Shown one piece after another: positions 34,534 through 46,946 of a stretch of DNA of 64,000 nt. Origin of the DNA: Cyanophora paradoxa CCMP329. Its lineage: Eukaryota; Plantae; Glaucophyta. Location of the stretch: assembly GCA_004431415.1 (NCBI GenBank), contig QPMI01000284.1, positions 224 through 64,223 of the forward strand, written 5' to 3'. A program made the translations under genes and the position numbers. How positions within the stretch are numbered: the first letter of the stretch is position 1; every line of letters begins with the position of its first letter. The notes beneath the pieces were generated by a model that saw nothing but the letters and a program-made list of their open reading frames with translations, was not told where the DNA came from and searched no databases.

Positions 34534-35295
34534 TTTGCTGCTCGCCGGGGTCTAGATCTGCGAATTCGAAACGATCGGCAGGTCAAAATAAGCAGCTCCA
34601 AGAGGCCGCACCCGCGCACAGCGGCGCCGCGCGAATTAAATTTCCACAGAAACTAGAAAGATCCCGCGCGCGAAATCGGTCGCCGCGCGGTTGAGCGGGG
34701 AGAGAAAAATTGAAAGAGAACGCGTGCGGCGGCGCGCGCGCGCCGGCCTGGCAGCGATCTCTCCGGATCCTCGCCGTGTGGCATGCGCCGTGCCCATTGC
34801 GCGCGCGCGGGGGAGAGCGGGGGGACGGACCTGTCGTGCTGAACACGTTTAATTTCCGAACTGTGCACCCCCACCCTGTGGATGTGTACCCCCACCCCGA
34901 CCTCCAGAGGAGAACCTATATATATAGCTATAGGCTATAAAGCTAGCTAGAGGGCAGCTAATTTAGTTTCTCAAGGAGAAAACAGAAATTAAAGGGAGCT
35001 CTGCAGATTATTCGGCCGGAGATCTAGATCTGGCCCGGAGAATTAAGCTGAGCTCATGATCAGTTTCGATCAAGAGGACACGCACATACGAGGGGGGCGC
35101 TGCATGCCCAATCAAGCCTTAAAGAGGAGGCTTCTACCCGGCGCACATGTACGGGGTCGGGGGATCGTAAACGCTCGATAGATTGCAAGCACAACCGTAT
35201 CGACCTATCCACCCGTACGCGTACAGCCGACAGGGGACCCCGCTCCACTCCCCTCGCCGCCTCCGACGCAGGCCCCGCGCGCGACGGTTCGCCGA

Positions 35296-38062
35296 CTAGT
35301 CGTCAGTGTCTGCCGGAGCGCCCCGACCCGCGTCAGAGGTCGCCGGAGGGGGTACGGCGCGGGGCCGCGCACCGCCTCCCCCCTCCTCGAGGGCATCCGC
35401 AAAGGCCTCGGCGAAACTGTACCCATCCGCCTCTCCTGCGGGCGGGTGAGACGGGGCGAGGCGGGGGGCGGGGCGGGGCGGGGCGGGGCGGGGCGGACCG
35501 TCGGCGTCGGGGGCGCGGGGCGCGGGGCGCTCCGGGGCGATGGCCTTGCCGCGGCGGACGTCGCGCTTGAGCTTCTTGGCCGACTTCTTCCGCGCCGCGT
35601 TCGTCTGCGGGTTCACCGCCGCCTCCTCCCCCGTCAGCGCCCGCTGCTGCGCCGCCTGCACCGCCCCCGCCGCCCCGCCCGCCGCCGCTGCCGCCGCCGC
35701 TGCTGCCGCCGCCTCCCCTTTCCGCTTCTTGTTCTGCGGGGCGGGCTCGCCTGGTGCGGGGGCGGGGGCGGGGGCGGGGCGGGGGCGACCTTAGGACCCT
35801 CGAGGGCGACGCTGCCGCTCGTCGCCTGCGCCCCGCGCGCCTTCCCCGCCCCCTTCCCCGCCGCCGCCGGCGCCGCCTCCTCCTCCTCCTCGCCCTCGTC
35901 CTCCATCGCGCTCCCGCTGCCCTCACCCTCGTCGTCCTCCTCCTCCTCGTCCTCGTCGTCCTCCATCGCGTCCTCCTCCTCCGGCTGTCCGCTTGCGGCG
36001 GCGAGCACGTGCGCGTCCGCCTCGAGAGGCGCCGAGGACTCCTGCGGGGAGGGGATCAGCGGGGGGGCGCGGGGGGGCGCCGCGCGGCGCGTGGGGCGGA
36101 CGATGGCCATGGCGGCGTCGGGGTCGGCGGAGGGGAGCCCGGCGAGCATGGCCTTCTCGCCGGCCTCCAGGGCCGCGACGTCGAACTCCTTGCCCCACTG
36201 CGCCACGACGCTCGCCTCGAGGTGGACCCCCGGCGCCTCAGCCGGGGGCAGGCAGTAGAAGCGGATGCGGCCCGAGTTCCAGTCTTGCAGCACCAGCCGC
36301 GCCGCCGCCACGGGGTCCGGCACGCCCCCCTGCCCGCCCCTCAGCACCCGGCGCGGGGCGGGGCGGGGCGGGGCGGGGCGGGTGGGCGGACGCGGCGGAG
36401 CTTGCCGCGCTTGCGGGCGACGTGGGCGAGGAACTCGAGGGGCTCCTTGAAGGCCGGCACCTCGTACACCTTCACCACGTCCTCCACCCGGCACCGCTGC
36501 AGCAGCACCTGCCCCCGCCCCCGCCTCAGCGCCCGCCGCGGGGCACCGCGGGGCGGGGCGGAGCGGGGCGGGCCTGGACGGGGACGACGGGGTCGGCGAT
36601 GGTCTCGACGCGGACGGCGTTGCGGAGGACGACGGCGGGGTCGGTGTCGTTGGAGGAGAAGACGATGCCCGGGCAGTCGAGCAGCTTGATCTGCTTGTCG
36701 ATGTGCACCTCCTGCATCGCCTTGGTCGAGCCCGGCGCGTTCGCCACCCCCGCCGCCTTGGACCGCTTCAGCGAGTTGATCACAGAGGACTTGCCCACGT
36801 TCGGGAAGCCGATGATCCCCACCGTGATCGCCGTCTTCACCTTGGCGTTCCGGCAGTAGTTCTTCAGCAGCTGCGCCCCAGCCCGCCCCGGGCCGTCAGC
36901 GGCCCCGAAGACGAGCGCCGGCGCGAGCGCGGGGCGGGGCGGGGCGGGGCGGGGCGGACGGAGAGGAGGTTCTCGGCGCCGAGGCACTGGTGGCTGGAGA
37001 GGAGGTCGGAGCTGGCGTGGAGGGCCCCGACCTGGCTCTGCTGGATGTGCGCCTTCTGGTGCGTCGCCGCCTTGAACGCGATCGTCGGGTACTCGTTCCG
37101 CAGCCGCGTCAGCCACTTCTCCACCACCTGCCCCCGCCCTCGGCCGCCGCGGCGCGGGGGGAGGCGCGGGGGCGGCGCGGGCACCTCCTTGGGGACGAGG
37201 TCGATCTTGTTGAGGAGGAGGATGATGCGCTTCGAGGGGTCCTGCTTCAGGATCGCCTTCTCCACCTCGGGGCAGCGGCAGCCCATCGGGTCCCGCGCGT
37301 CTAGCACCTGCGCATCGCGGTTCCTGAGCAACACGCCTGCGAGCCCCGCCCCCGCCCGCCGGCCGGGCGGGCGAGCACGCACCTCGAGGATCACGTCCGC
37401 CGCCTCGACGACCTTCCGGAACTCCTTGAAGTACGCCCGCCGCGACGCGTCTGCCAGCAGCGCGCGTGAGCCGGCCGCCGCGCGCCGGAGCCCCGCCCCG
37501 CCCCGCCCCGCGCACCGCGGTTGCGCCCGCCGGCCTGCGCCGCCTCCGAAGACGACGAGCGCTTGTTGAACTCCTTCGCCCGGCTGGACGCGTCCTTCGT
37601 CATCTGCGCCAGCGTCTTCTGATCCGAGTTGCGTTTCCGCTTCCGCTCCTGCGCCCCGCCGCCGTCAGCTAGCGCGAGCGCGCGGGTCGGGCCGGCGACC
37701 TCGGCAGCGCGCTGCTTAGCCTTCTGCCGTTCCTCCTCCTTCTGCTGCTTCTGCTTCTCGATCTGTTGCAGCAGCTCCTCCTTGAACGGCCATGAGTTCG
37801 GGATCCCCGGATCCTTCTTCGGCCCTGCGCCGCGTACGCGTGAGCGCGATCGCGCGGGGCGCCGCCGCGGCGGGGCGCACTGAAGGCGCCCTTGGGGTTT
37901 TTCTTCGAATCCTTCTCGAGCTTCTTCTTGTGCTCCTTAACCTTGCGCGTGATCTTGTACTTCTTGTTCAAGCTCACCCGCTTGGACATGCGCTCTGCGG
38001 CGGATCAGCCAGCCGCCCAGCCTGCGCCGCGCGAGCTCGAACGCACTCTTTGCCTTCACCAT
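35296..38062 (-). CDS. GNL3: Nucleostemin/GNL3/Nug1 circularly permuted nucleolar GTPase
   Basis: [87 protein letters not shown]. Confidence 0.95.
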
Positions 38063-38179
38063 GGCTGCGGGCTGATGCGGACGAACAGAGCAGGCGGGGG
38101 GAGATCGTGAGGGGGGTAGACTGTGTAGAAACGTTTGCGCGAGGCAGCACTGCCAGCGCCCGTCCCGAGCTAGTGCGGC

Positions 38180-39834
38180 ATGCCAAAGAGTAGGAGCAGA
38201 TCCTCCGCTGCAGGCGCGCGTGCTGAGCACAGCCTGCGGCGATGACGGTCCAGCTGGTGAGCTGCGACACGCTATGCAACGTGCCCCTGGACCCTGCGGT
38301 CGCATGCATCTCGCCTACAATCTCCCGCATCCTCCAAGCGAGCGGCGGTCAGCGGTAACGCCCGGCGCGGCGCCCTCGCGCACGCGTACGAGCCCTGCCG
38401 CGCAGGCACCTCGCGGGAGGCGCAGCAGGGCGTCGTGCGCTTTCCCGGGATTCGCTCGGACGCGCTGGCAGACGTCGTGCGGTACCTGCTGCACGCGCAT
38501 GCCGCCAATTGCGAGGATGGGGCCGGAGCCCGCGCGGGGGCGTTCGCGCCGGAGCTGCCGTATGCGCTGGAGACGATGTCGGCGGCTGCGTACCTCGAGC
38601 TGCCGGGCCTCGTCGCCGCCTGCGCCGCCGCCGTCGCCGCGCACTTCGACGGTCCCCGCCCCGCCCCGCCCTGCGCCACGCCGTGCCGCGGGGCGCGTGA
38701 CGCGGGGCAGAGCTGCCGGCGTTCGGGGACCTGGAAGAGGATCTGGTGGGGGAGATCGTGGCCCGCCTGGACGCCCCCGGCCTCTTCCGCGCCGAGCGCC
38801 TCGCCGCCGAGGAGGGCCGCCCTGGGGGCCCCCGCGCCCTCCTCCCCGCCTGGCGCCGCCTCCACGTGCGCGCCCTCGGCTGGGCGGCGCCCTCGCGGCG
38901 AGCGCGCGGGAGCGGCTGCTGCGTTCGCACCTCGAGGGCCTCGCGGCGCGGGCGGCCCCGAGCTCCCCGCCGCCGCCGCCGCCATCGGGCCCAGCTCGCC
39001 GCCTTTGCCCTCCGCCCCGGCGGGCGGCCCTCGCGCGGGCCCCTTCTCCGCCCTCGTGGGCTCGCTGCGCGCGGCCCGGCGGATCGAGGCGGGCGGGGCG
39101 GCCTGGGCAGCGGGCGGGTGGCGGCGCTGGCGGGGCGCTGCGGGGCGGCCCGTCTCGGCCTCGACCTCGCGGAGAACGGCCTGGGACCCGCCTCCGCCGC
39201 CTCCTCGCCGCCGCCCTCCGCGGTCTCGCCCCGGGCCTCTCCCCGGCCCCGCGCCCCCGCGCGCCCTCCCCGCCCTCCCCTCCCGCCCGGCCCTCCCGCC
39301 CCCGGCCCCGCGGGGATCCGCCCTGGAGCGAGCGCGCGGGGCGCGGCGGCCGCACGTGTCCCTCCCGAGCCTCGCCCTCCGCGCCCTCGACCTCCCCTCC
39401 CGCGCCACGCCGCCCCCGCCGCCCCGCACCGCCCGCCCGCGCCCCGCCCTCGCCGCCCCTCGCCTCGCCTCGCCCACTCGAGCCGGCGGCCGCCCAGCCG
39501 GGCCCTCCCTCCTCGTCGCACCCACCGGCCGCCCGCCGTCTGACCCGCCGACCGCCCAGCGGGCCCGCCGCGGGGCCGGCGCTCGCCCCCGGCAAGGAGG
39601 GGCCGCGCGGGGCCCGCCGGTGGCGCTGCGGCTGCGTGGCTGTGGGGCGGGCGAGGTGGGCGCCGCCGCCCTCGCCGACGCCCTCGCCGCCGGGTGCCCG
39701 CCCCGCGAAACGGACCCCGCCGGCGCGGCGCGGGCGGCGCCGACGGAAGCGCAGGGCGTGCCCCACGGAGCTCGACCTGTCCGGGAACGCGCTCGGCGAG
39801 GCCGGCGCCGCCGCCCTCTCCGAGTCGTGCGCCG

Positions 39835-39869
<35 letters not shown>

Positions 39870-41352
39870 CCCCCCCCCCCCCCCCCCCTCCTTCCCTCCC
39901 CCCCCCCCCCCCCCTGCTCCGCGCCGCCCGCCTTCTGACAGAGTCTCCGCGCCGGGCAGGCTCCGCTGGCGCGGCTGCGCGCTGCGGCGCCTCGGGCTGG
40001 CGCGCTGTGGGCTGGGCGGGGCGGGGCTGCGCGCGGTGGCGGTGGCGCTGGCGGCGGGCCCGCAGGCGCTGCACGCGGTGGACCTCTCGGGCAACGTGGC
40101 GGCGATGGACGGCGCATGCCCCGCGGACGCCCTCGCCGCCCTCCTCGCCGCCCCGTGCGCGTGGCGCCCCTCGCGCCGCCGCCCGCTCCTCACCGCCGCG
40201 CAGCACCTGCCCGCCTCCCTCCGCCTCGCCCGCAACCGCCTCCGCCCCGCCTCGTTCGCCGCCGTGCGCCCCCCCCCCCCCCCGCCTCTGCCGCGGCGGC
40301 CGAGGGGGCGCGGCGCAGCTCGCGCAGGCGGCGGCCGCCAGCGAGCGCCTCACGGCGCTGGACCTCTCCGCCTCGGAGCTGCCGCCGCCCGCCGCCCGCC
40401 TCCTTCTCCCCGCCCTCCGCCCCGCCCGGCCCTCGCCGCCCTCGCCCTCGCCCGCTGCCCCCTCGGCCCCCCTTCCGTGCGCCCCGCCGCAGCGCGCCCC
40501 TCGCGCTGCCGGTGACGGGGGCACGATGCGCAGTGCAGGCGCTGGCGGGGGCCCTCGAGAAGAGCACGAACCTGACGGCGCGGCCCCGCCGCGCCGGCCC
40601 CCCAGGCACCGCCCCTCACCCGCCCGCCCCTCCCCGCAGCTGCTCGACCTCTCGCAGAGCGGCGTCGACGGCCCGGCGGCCGTCGCCCTCGCCCGCGCCG
40701 CCGCCCGCTGCCCTCTCCGCGCCCTCCTCCTCGACGTGCCTGCCCCCGCCCCCGCGCCCGTCCCTGGGAGGGCGGCGGGGCGACGGGGCGCGCGCAGGGG
40801 AGCGAGGGTGCGCCCCAGATCGGGAGCGCCGCCTGCGCCGACCTCCTCGCAGAGCTCCGCGTCCGTCGGCCCCCCGCCCCCTCTCCTTCCCCGGCGACGC
40901 TGCGGCAGGGCCAGGGGGCGCTGCGGGTGCTCGGGCTGGGGGCGCAGGGCCTGCGGGACGCGGCGGGGCCGGCGCTGCTGGCGCTGCTCGCCGGGGGCGC
41001 CGTGCGCCGGCTCGAGCTCCGCGACAACTTCCTCTCCGCCGCCACCGCGGGGCCCCTCCTCGACCTCCTCGCCGCCTCCGCCCCGGCCCCGCCTCCAGAG
41101 GCCCAGGGCGAGACAGAGGAGGGGGAGGGGGAGGAGGGGGAGCAGGGGGAGGGGGAGGGCGGGGCTGGGGGCTCGGGCGGGGGCCCCGGGGGCTGGGACT
41201 GGGGCCGGGCGGCCTGGGAGGAGCCGCCGACGCTCCACGTCTCCCTCCTCAACAACCCCCTCCCCGACGACTTCCCCCCCGCCGCCCGCGCCCGCCTCGC
41301 GCCCCTCGCCGCCCGCCTGCCCCCGCACCTCCGGCCCCAGCTCCGCTGCTAG
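38180..41352 (+). CDS. SKP1/ElonginC(BTB)-like domain fused to RNI-type leucine-rich repeats
   Basis: FPGIRSDALADVVRYL...FAPELPYALETMSAAAYLELPGLVAACA; LRRs LDLAENGLG, LDLSGNALGEAGA, VDLSGN, LRLARNRL, LDLSQSGVD, LELRDNFL; 5' exons uncertain. Confidence 0.65.
39835..39914. repeat. Long poly-C tract in an intron of the LRR gene
   Basis: ~80 nt of almost pure C interrupted by a few T. Confidence 0.85.
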
Positions 41353-41782
41353 CGCCCTCCCCGCCCCCCTCTCGTGCCCAACGCTCACCCGAGAGCTCCG
41401 GTCCGGATAAAAAATTTGACAGACTGGAAATCGGATCGTATCGATTCTTCTTGCCGGAGCGAGACACCGCGAAGTCCAAGCAGATCTAGAGCTGGGGGAG
41501 ATGAGAACCGGGAAGTAGGCCTGAGCCTGCGGGCCAAAGTCAGCTGGCTGGACTCGGGCTGAGAAATGGGCGAGCCGCGCCGGGGGGCACCTCCAAGCTG
41601 GGGGAAAGCTGGAGGCGGGGATCGGGGCGAAGAGATGCGGAGCCTTGGCTGTCACTGCGGAGTCCGTGTTCCTGCCCCTGCTGCTAGAGCACCCTTCTCC
41701 CCGCGCGCCCACGCGCCCACGCGCCCACGCGCCCAACTGCTCCACTCTCGAGAATACGCGCGCGAGTCGCCCATCCATTGGC

Positions 41783-42202
41783 TCACTTTGGCTTCGCCTT
41801 ATCTAAGATCTCGGGGTGTTCTTTGATGAACTGCGCTCGCCGCTCGGCCAGGATGGCATCCGTCATCCTCGGCTTCAAGCACGCGCTCATGTCGCTCGCC
41901 TGCGTTCGGCACGTCCAGGCGACCGAAACCGTGCGCCCGCGCTGCGTAGGCTCGCGTCAGAGCACACGCGGACAGGCACACGCGGACGCACGGCGCATTC
42001 GGCATAGGCTTTGAGGAAGTCGTCGCACTCTGCCAAACGTCAGTGCTAGACCAAGGAAAGCATACGCGGAGAGCGCATGCGTGCGGTATGCGGGGCGCGC
42101 AGCACCTTTCCTCGCCTGATCCTGCATCTCGCGCTCGAGCCGACGCTCGACCCGATGCGGCAGCAAGATGCCGGCCGGCTCGACCTTGCCCGCTTGCGCC
42201 AT
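41783..42202 (-). CDS. CMC1: Twin CX9C COX assembly mitochondrial protein
   Basis: Three exons: ...EMQDQARK|ECDDFLKAYAECA|RGRTVSVAWTCRTQASDMSACLK..., giving two exact CX9C motifs. Confidence 0.88.
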
Positions 42203-43016
42203 CTTCACCTATACGCACAGCCGCTAAGCTGCCAGGCTGCTGCGCAGTGTTGCGACGAGTGAGCTTTCAGGGGGTACGGAATTCTTCTCACTTGCGAGCC
42301 TGCAGCTGGACGCCGCCACGCGCGGGCATATCATAGTATGCGGATGCGCATGCGAAGAGCTCCCGGCTGCGTGTGCATGAAAAGACGAATTTGAAGCAAA
42401 CTCTCGGCCATCTGCAGCTGTGAAGCTGTGAATTTCCTACGTCATAAAAGGAGTGCGAATTCGAATGAAAAAGAAGCGATCGCGAGCGTCATTCGCCTTC
42501 ACAACGCCCGATAACTCGAACATGATCTGCATCACTGCATCAAGAATTCCAAGGGCAAAACCGTTGAACTGATCGAGGAGTGCAGCTGGATCGAAAGCGC
42601 TAGCGGGTGCTGCTCATCCGCGTCTCGTTACGTATACGGCCTGCTCGGTCTCGTAAAACGAAGGCAGAAAAACGCGGGCACTGTACAGCGGCTAAGTACA
42701 ATAACTACTCTAGGGGTCCTTTCAACACTACACGCTTATCATGAATTGAGTAAATTACTTAATGCTTAAGCATCTCATATCGACCAGCGTCTCAAATGAG
42801 CACTGTCACTGTAACGGGGAGAAGTCTCCCCAAAGGAAGCTGCGCTGAAACGCAGCCTGCGTTTCTACAGTAAACGTTCAATACATAGCGAAGGGTTAAA
42901 CGAGGGGCGCCAGGCAGCATACGAATCTGCCGATCAAAATCTCACGAGATTTTGCCGAATTCGAATGGGCTGATCTACACGTTTTACAGGAGCCCAGCAG
43001 GAAGCGGAAAAAGAAG

Positions 43017-44541
43017 CTAGGCGAGAGTGTCCGGCGGGGGCTCGTAGGGGGCGGGGGGTCGCCCGCGGGGGACGGCGGTGGGGGAGGGGGCCTGGACGAC
43101 GACGCGCGGGACGGCCTCGGGGAGGAGGCGGGCGCGCTTGGCCGGCGGCTCGGGGGCGGCGAGGCAGGCCGGCAGCGGGAATACAGGAGGCGCCTCCCAC
43201 GCCTCCTCCCGCCCCTCGTGGATGCGCGGCGTGCTGCGCCGCGACGAGGCCGAGGAGGCGGAGGAGGCGGAGGAGGAGGAGGCGGTGGAGGCGGCGGAGG
43301 AGGCGGAGCTCCAGCCGGACTGCGAGCGGCGCCGCTCGAGCAGCTTGTTCACCAGCAGGCTCCGGTAGAGCGAGAGGTCCCCCTCCCGGCCCGCCGCCGC
43401 CGCCCCGCCCCGCCCCCCCCGCAGCGGCGCCGGCAGCGGGATGCCCGACGCCAGCGCCGCTGGCGCCACGCTCGGCGGCGGCGGCGGAGCCAGGGGCGCC
43501 GGCGGAACGAAGGCGGGCGGCGGGGCCAGGGTGGCGGGGCGAGGGCCGCCAGCAGCGGCGCGGTCGGGGCGGCGGGAGGGGCGCGGGGAGGGGCGGCCCC
43601 GGGGCGACGGGGGACGGGGAGCGGGAACCGAGGGCGATGGCGAGGTCGGCGGGAGGCGGCGCGGCGGGGCCGGGCGGGCGGCGGCGAAGGCGTCGGGCTC
43701 GAGCACGTCCGGCGGGCGCGCGGGGCCGCCGCCGCCGCCGTCGGCGAGGCGCACGAGCGCCTGCGCCGCGTCCTTCTCGGGCGACGCCGAGGCCGGCGCA
43801 GCGGCCGGGCCCGGGCTGGGGCCGGGGCCGGGGATGTGGAGAGGCGGGAGCGACGGGGCGCGGGCCATGGAGTCGGAGAGGTGGAAGAGCCAGGCGAGGA
43901 GCGGGGCGCCCTCCTCGGGGCTCCGCTGCCGCGGCGCCAGCACCTCCGCCAGCACCGTCGGGTCCGTCCCCATCTTCACCGCGTGCGCCATCAGCTGCTG
44001 CGCCCACGCCTGTCCCCGCCTTCTTTCTCAGCCTCCTCCGCGCGCGGGCACCGGCGTGCGGCGCGGAGGCGGACCGAGAACGCGATGGGGTTGATGGGCG
44101 GCAGGGAGGGCCCGTCCTGCCAGGGCGGCGAAGGTGCCGATCGCGCCTCCGGAGCGTCCTCTGAGGGCGCGCTGCCGTGGCTCGCGGGGCTGACGTGCGA
44201 GCTGCCCATGCTCGCCCGTGGGCTGCTCCCGCCAGAGCGCGACGATCCGGTGGAACCACCCTCCTCCCCATCCTCGAATTCTGCAGCAATCCACTGAGCG
44301 CGGCGTACACGCGAAGCTCTCGATTGCGAGGCGACCCACCTTTAGTAGTTCGCTTGCGGCCTTCGCGGGAACCAGTCGCCTCTTCAGGAGATGGCTCGTG
44401 CGGGCTCCGCTCGCGTTCACTTTCGCAAGGTAATATGCCCTTGGTATCTCTCGATACGCCATCTTTTCTGTGTTCGCCTTGCGGGCCAGCCACCGCGTCT
44501 TCGAGGATCATCCGCGCATCACTCCCGGCGTCTGAAGGCAT
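43017..44541 (-). CDS. Hypothetical Pro/Ser/Ala-rich protein
   Basis: Coding-like exons (QLMAHAVKMGTDPTVLAEVL, LSLYRSLLVNKLLERRR) joined by typical short introns; no domain recognised. Confidence 0.5.
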
Positions 44542-45311
44542 GCCTGGTTGCTTGATCCACTGCTACAGGCACCCAGGTCTGTAAACACATCGAATGAACT
44601 GGCGCAAGACTGGCCTGGGGGCCTGGCACCCAACTGTAAAACAAATGGGACTCACCGCCCGTGCACCGACCTAGCTGCGGGCCAGCATCCCGCCCGACTG
44701 CTTCCAATCCTCGGATTTATTGCCAGCTGATCAGCAAAGCACTCAGCGAGCGCGGGGGACTTGGGCGCCGTGGAGCGGGAGCTGGGGACGCGCGAAACTG
44801 GCTCTGCGGCCGATCCAGCACACTCCCCGCAAGATGCGGGCCCGATGAGGAGTCCGCCGCGCCCTCCCGCACCGCGTCGAGTGCGCGCGCGCGGGCTGCC
44901 CTCACGTGGTTGGCCGATTCCCTAGCGTACCCCTCCGAGGCTCCCGCTGCAGGAATACACGAGAATCCCGCTCACGTGCTTGGGCGATCCGGTACCCAGC
45001 TCGAGCTTGGTCGCGCGCAGCGGGGCGTACGCGTGCCGCGGCCGCAACGTAGAGCTCGAGCGCTGGCACAGGAGACGGACAGCAGGGCCCGGCCGCGTTG
45101 GCGCGGCGCGGGTCTGTTGCAGAGGGCAGGGGGGTACCAAATCAAAGTCATAATGTTAGGGCCGCTGTTCAAGCCGGAGATTTAGCGGGAGAAGTAAAGG
45201 AGTCTCAATAGCTGGGCGACCTGCTTCCCTGGTTGCGTCTATAGCTAGCTTGTGGGAGTGCTCCGATCGACTTCGCTAGCGGGGCGAACTTAGTGAGCTC
45301 AGCAGGCTGCA

Positions 45312-46551
45312 ATGCCAGCGGCGAAGAAACCTGGAAAGAAAAAGAAGACGAGGCGTCGGAAGACGCTGGAGCCCGAGTTTGTTCCGAAGAGCGTAGTGGA
45401 GAGCCTCGAGCAGCGGCTGAAGGTGCAGCAAGCTGAGCTGGAGAATGCAAGGACGCAGCTGAATTTTTACAGACTGGAAAGCGGTGCGGTGATAGATAGC
45501 TACGTCCCGCGGCCCTTCACCCGCCGCTTGCGACGGGGGCCCGGGCCCCGTTCTCGCAGAAAAGCTGACGTCGGAGTTGATGCACCAGAAGAGAAGTCTC
45601 GAGCTGCAGGGGGTGGAGCACAGGAATCGCCTGAAGGACGTGGAGTGGTCGGAACGGCGGCATCGCGACGAAATCAAGGTCCTTCGCGAGAAGGTCAAGC
45701 TCTGATCCATGCTCCCGATACGCAGCTTACATGCGCCCAGCTGAGGACCGTCGAGAGCGAACGGAACAGTACGATTGCGAGCATAAAGGCGAGCGATCAG
45801 GAGTAGTACGCAGCTTTGTCTCTTGGCCTCGGGCGAGCGCCTGCTGACGCGCACGCAGCATTCGGCTGCTTACGGAACAGTACAAGGCGCGAGAGAAGGA
45901 GCTTAAAGAGGACAAGGCGATGCTGGAGCAACGGTGGGTGGGGCGGGGCGGGGCGGCGCCGGGGGGTCGCGGGCGCAGGCTGACTCGGAGGGGCGGGGCA
46001 GGCTGCGGGAGATCGAGATCAGCCACGACGCGCACGTGCAGTCGATCACGGAGTCGTTCGAGCAGGAGATCGCGCGGCTGAAGCACGAGATGGAGGAGCC
46101 CGTCCTGCTCGGCGTCTTCCGAGGATCCGTCCGCCCCTCCCCCGCCCCGCGCCCCGCGCCCCGCCCCCCCGCACGCCGTGACCGAGCGGCGCAGGGCGGG
46201 GGCGGGCCGGGCGTGTGGGAGTTCATGCGGCCGCGCCCGGGCTCGGACGAGACGCTCTCGAAGAGCCGCGTGCGGGCGCTCGTGTACCCCCGCCAGCGCC
46301 CCGGGGACGGGGCGCTGGAGCTCAGCTTCCGCACCGCGGCGCCCAGCCCGCTGGCGAGCCCGCCCAGCGCCGCCACCCCGGACTACACCGCCGGCACCGT
46401 CGGCCCGAGCCTGCCCCCGGCCGCCAACAACCGGCCCTCCTCCGCCGGCCCTGGCCGGCCCAAGGAGCCATTCTTCGCGCCGCGCCCGCCGGAGGGGCCG
46501 AGGCCCGACCGGCCGCAATCTGCCGGCCCCCGTATGCTGCTCGCCAAGTGA
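45312..46551 (+). CDS. Coiled-coil protein with basic N-terminus (possibly flagellar/basal-body)
   Basis: MPAAKKPGKKKK start followed by heptad-rich E/K/R/Q/L exons and a Pro-rich tail; family not identified. Confidence 0.6.
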
Positions 46552-46946
46552 GCCCCAGCGGCGGGGCCTCCATGTATACGTAGATCTCCTTTTTAAAGTA
46601 CGGTAATTGCATTTGGACAGGACACGTGCTAGCTGACGCCAACTATCGGCGCCCTGTGCGACGTGCCGAGCGTGGCGAGCTAGGAGCAGCGGCCGCGAAA
46701 GAGGCTAGCTCGCACAGAGGTCGCGATCGAGGGCGCCGTGGTCGGCCGTGGGGGCGGCGGAAGAGGGGGGTGGCCGGGGCGGGGGGGTACCGGGTGCAGA
46801 AGCTTACACGTCCCGCGGCCGCCCACGTGCACGTGCAAGTTCAACTCTCAATTGCACGTCGGCTACGGCGTTTGGCACTGCGCCGCGGCGCGAGCCCGGC
46901 CAGCGCTCCGCCGGGCCGCGCACGCTCGATCTAAGAGCCTGAAAAG

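Noticed and set aside
39835-39914. Poly-C tract as a functional element or poly-Pro/Gly coding stretch
   Set aside because: It lies in an intron and homopolymer length is unreliable in assemblies; similar tracts occur at ~28975-29040 and ~32900-33000
38272-41778. 1168-aa minus-strand ORF and many other long Arg/Pro/Gly/Ala-rich ORFs
   Set aside because: Stop-poor shadows of very high GC content, antisense or off-frame to recognisable spliced genes; no domains
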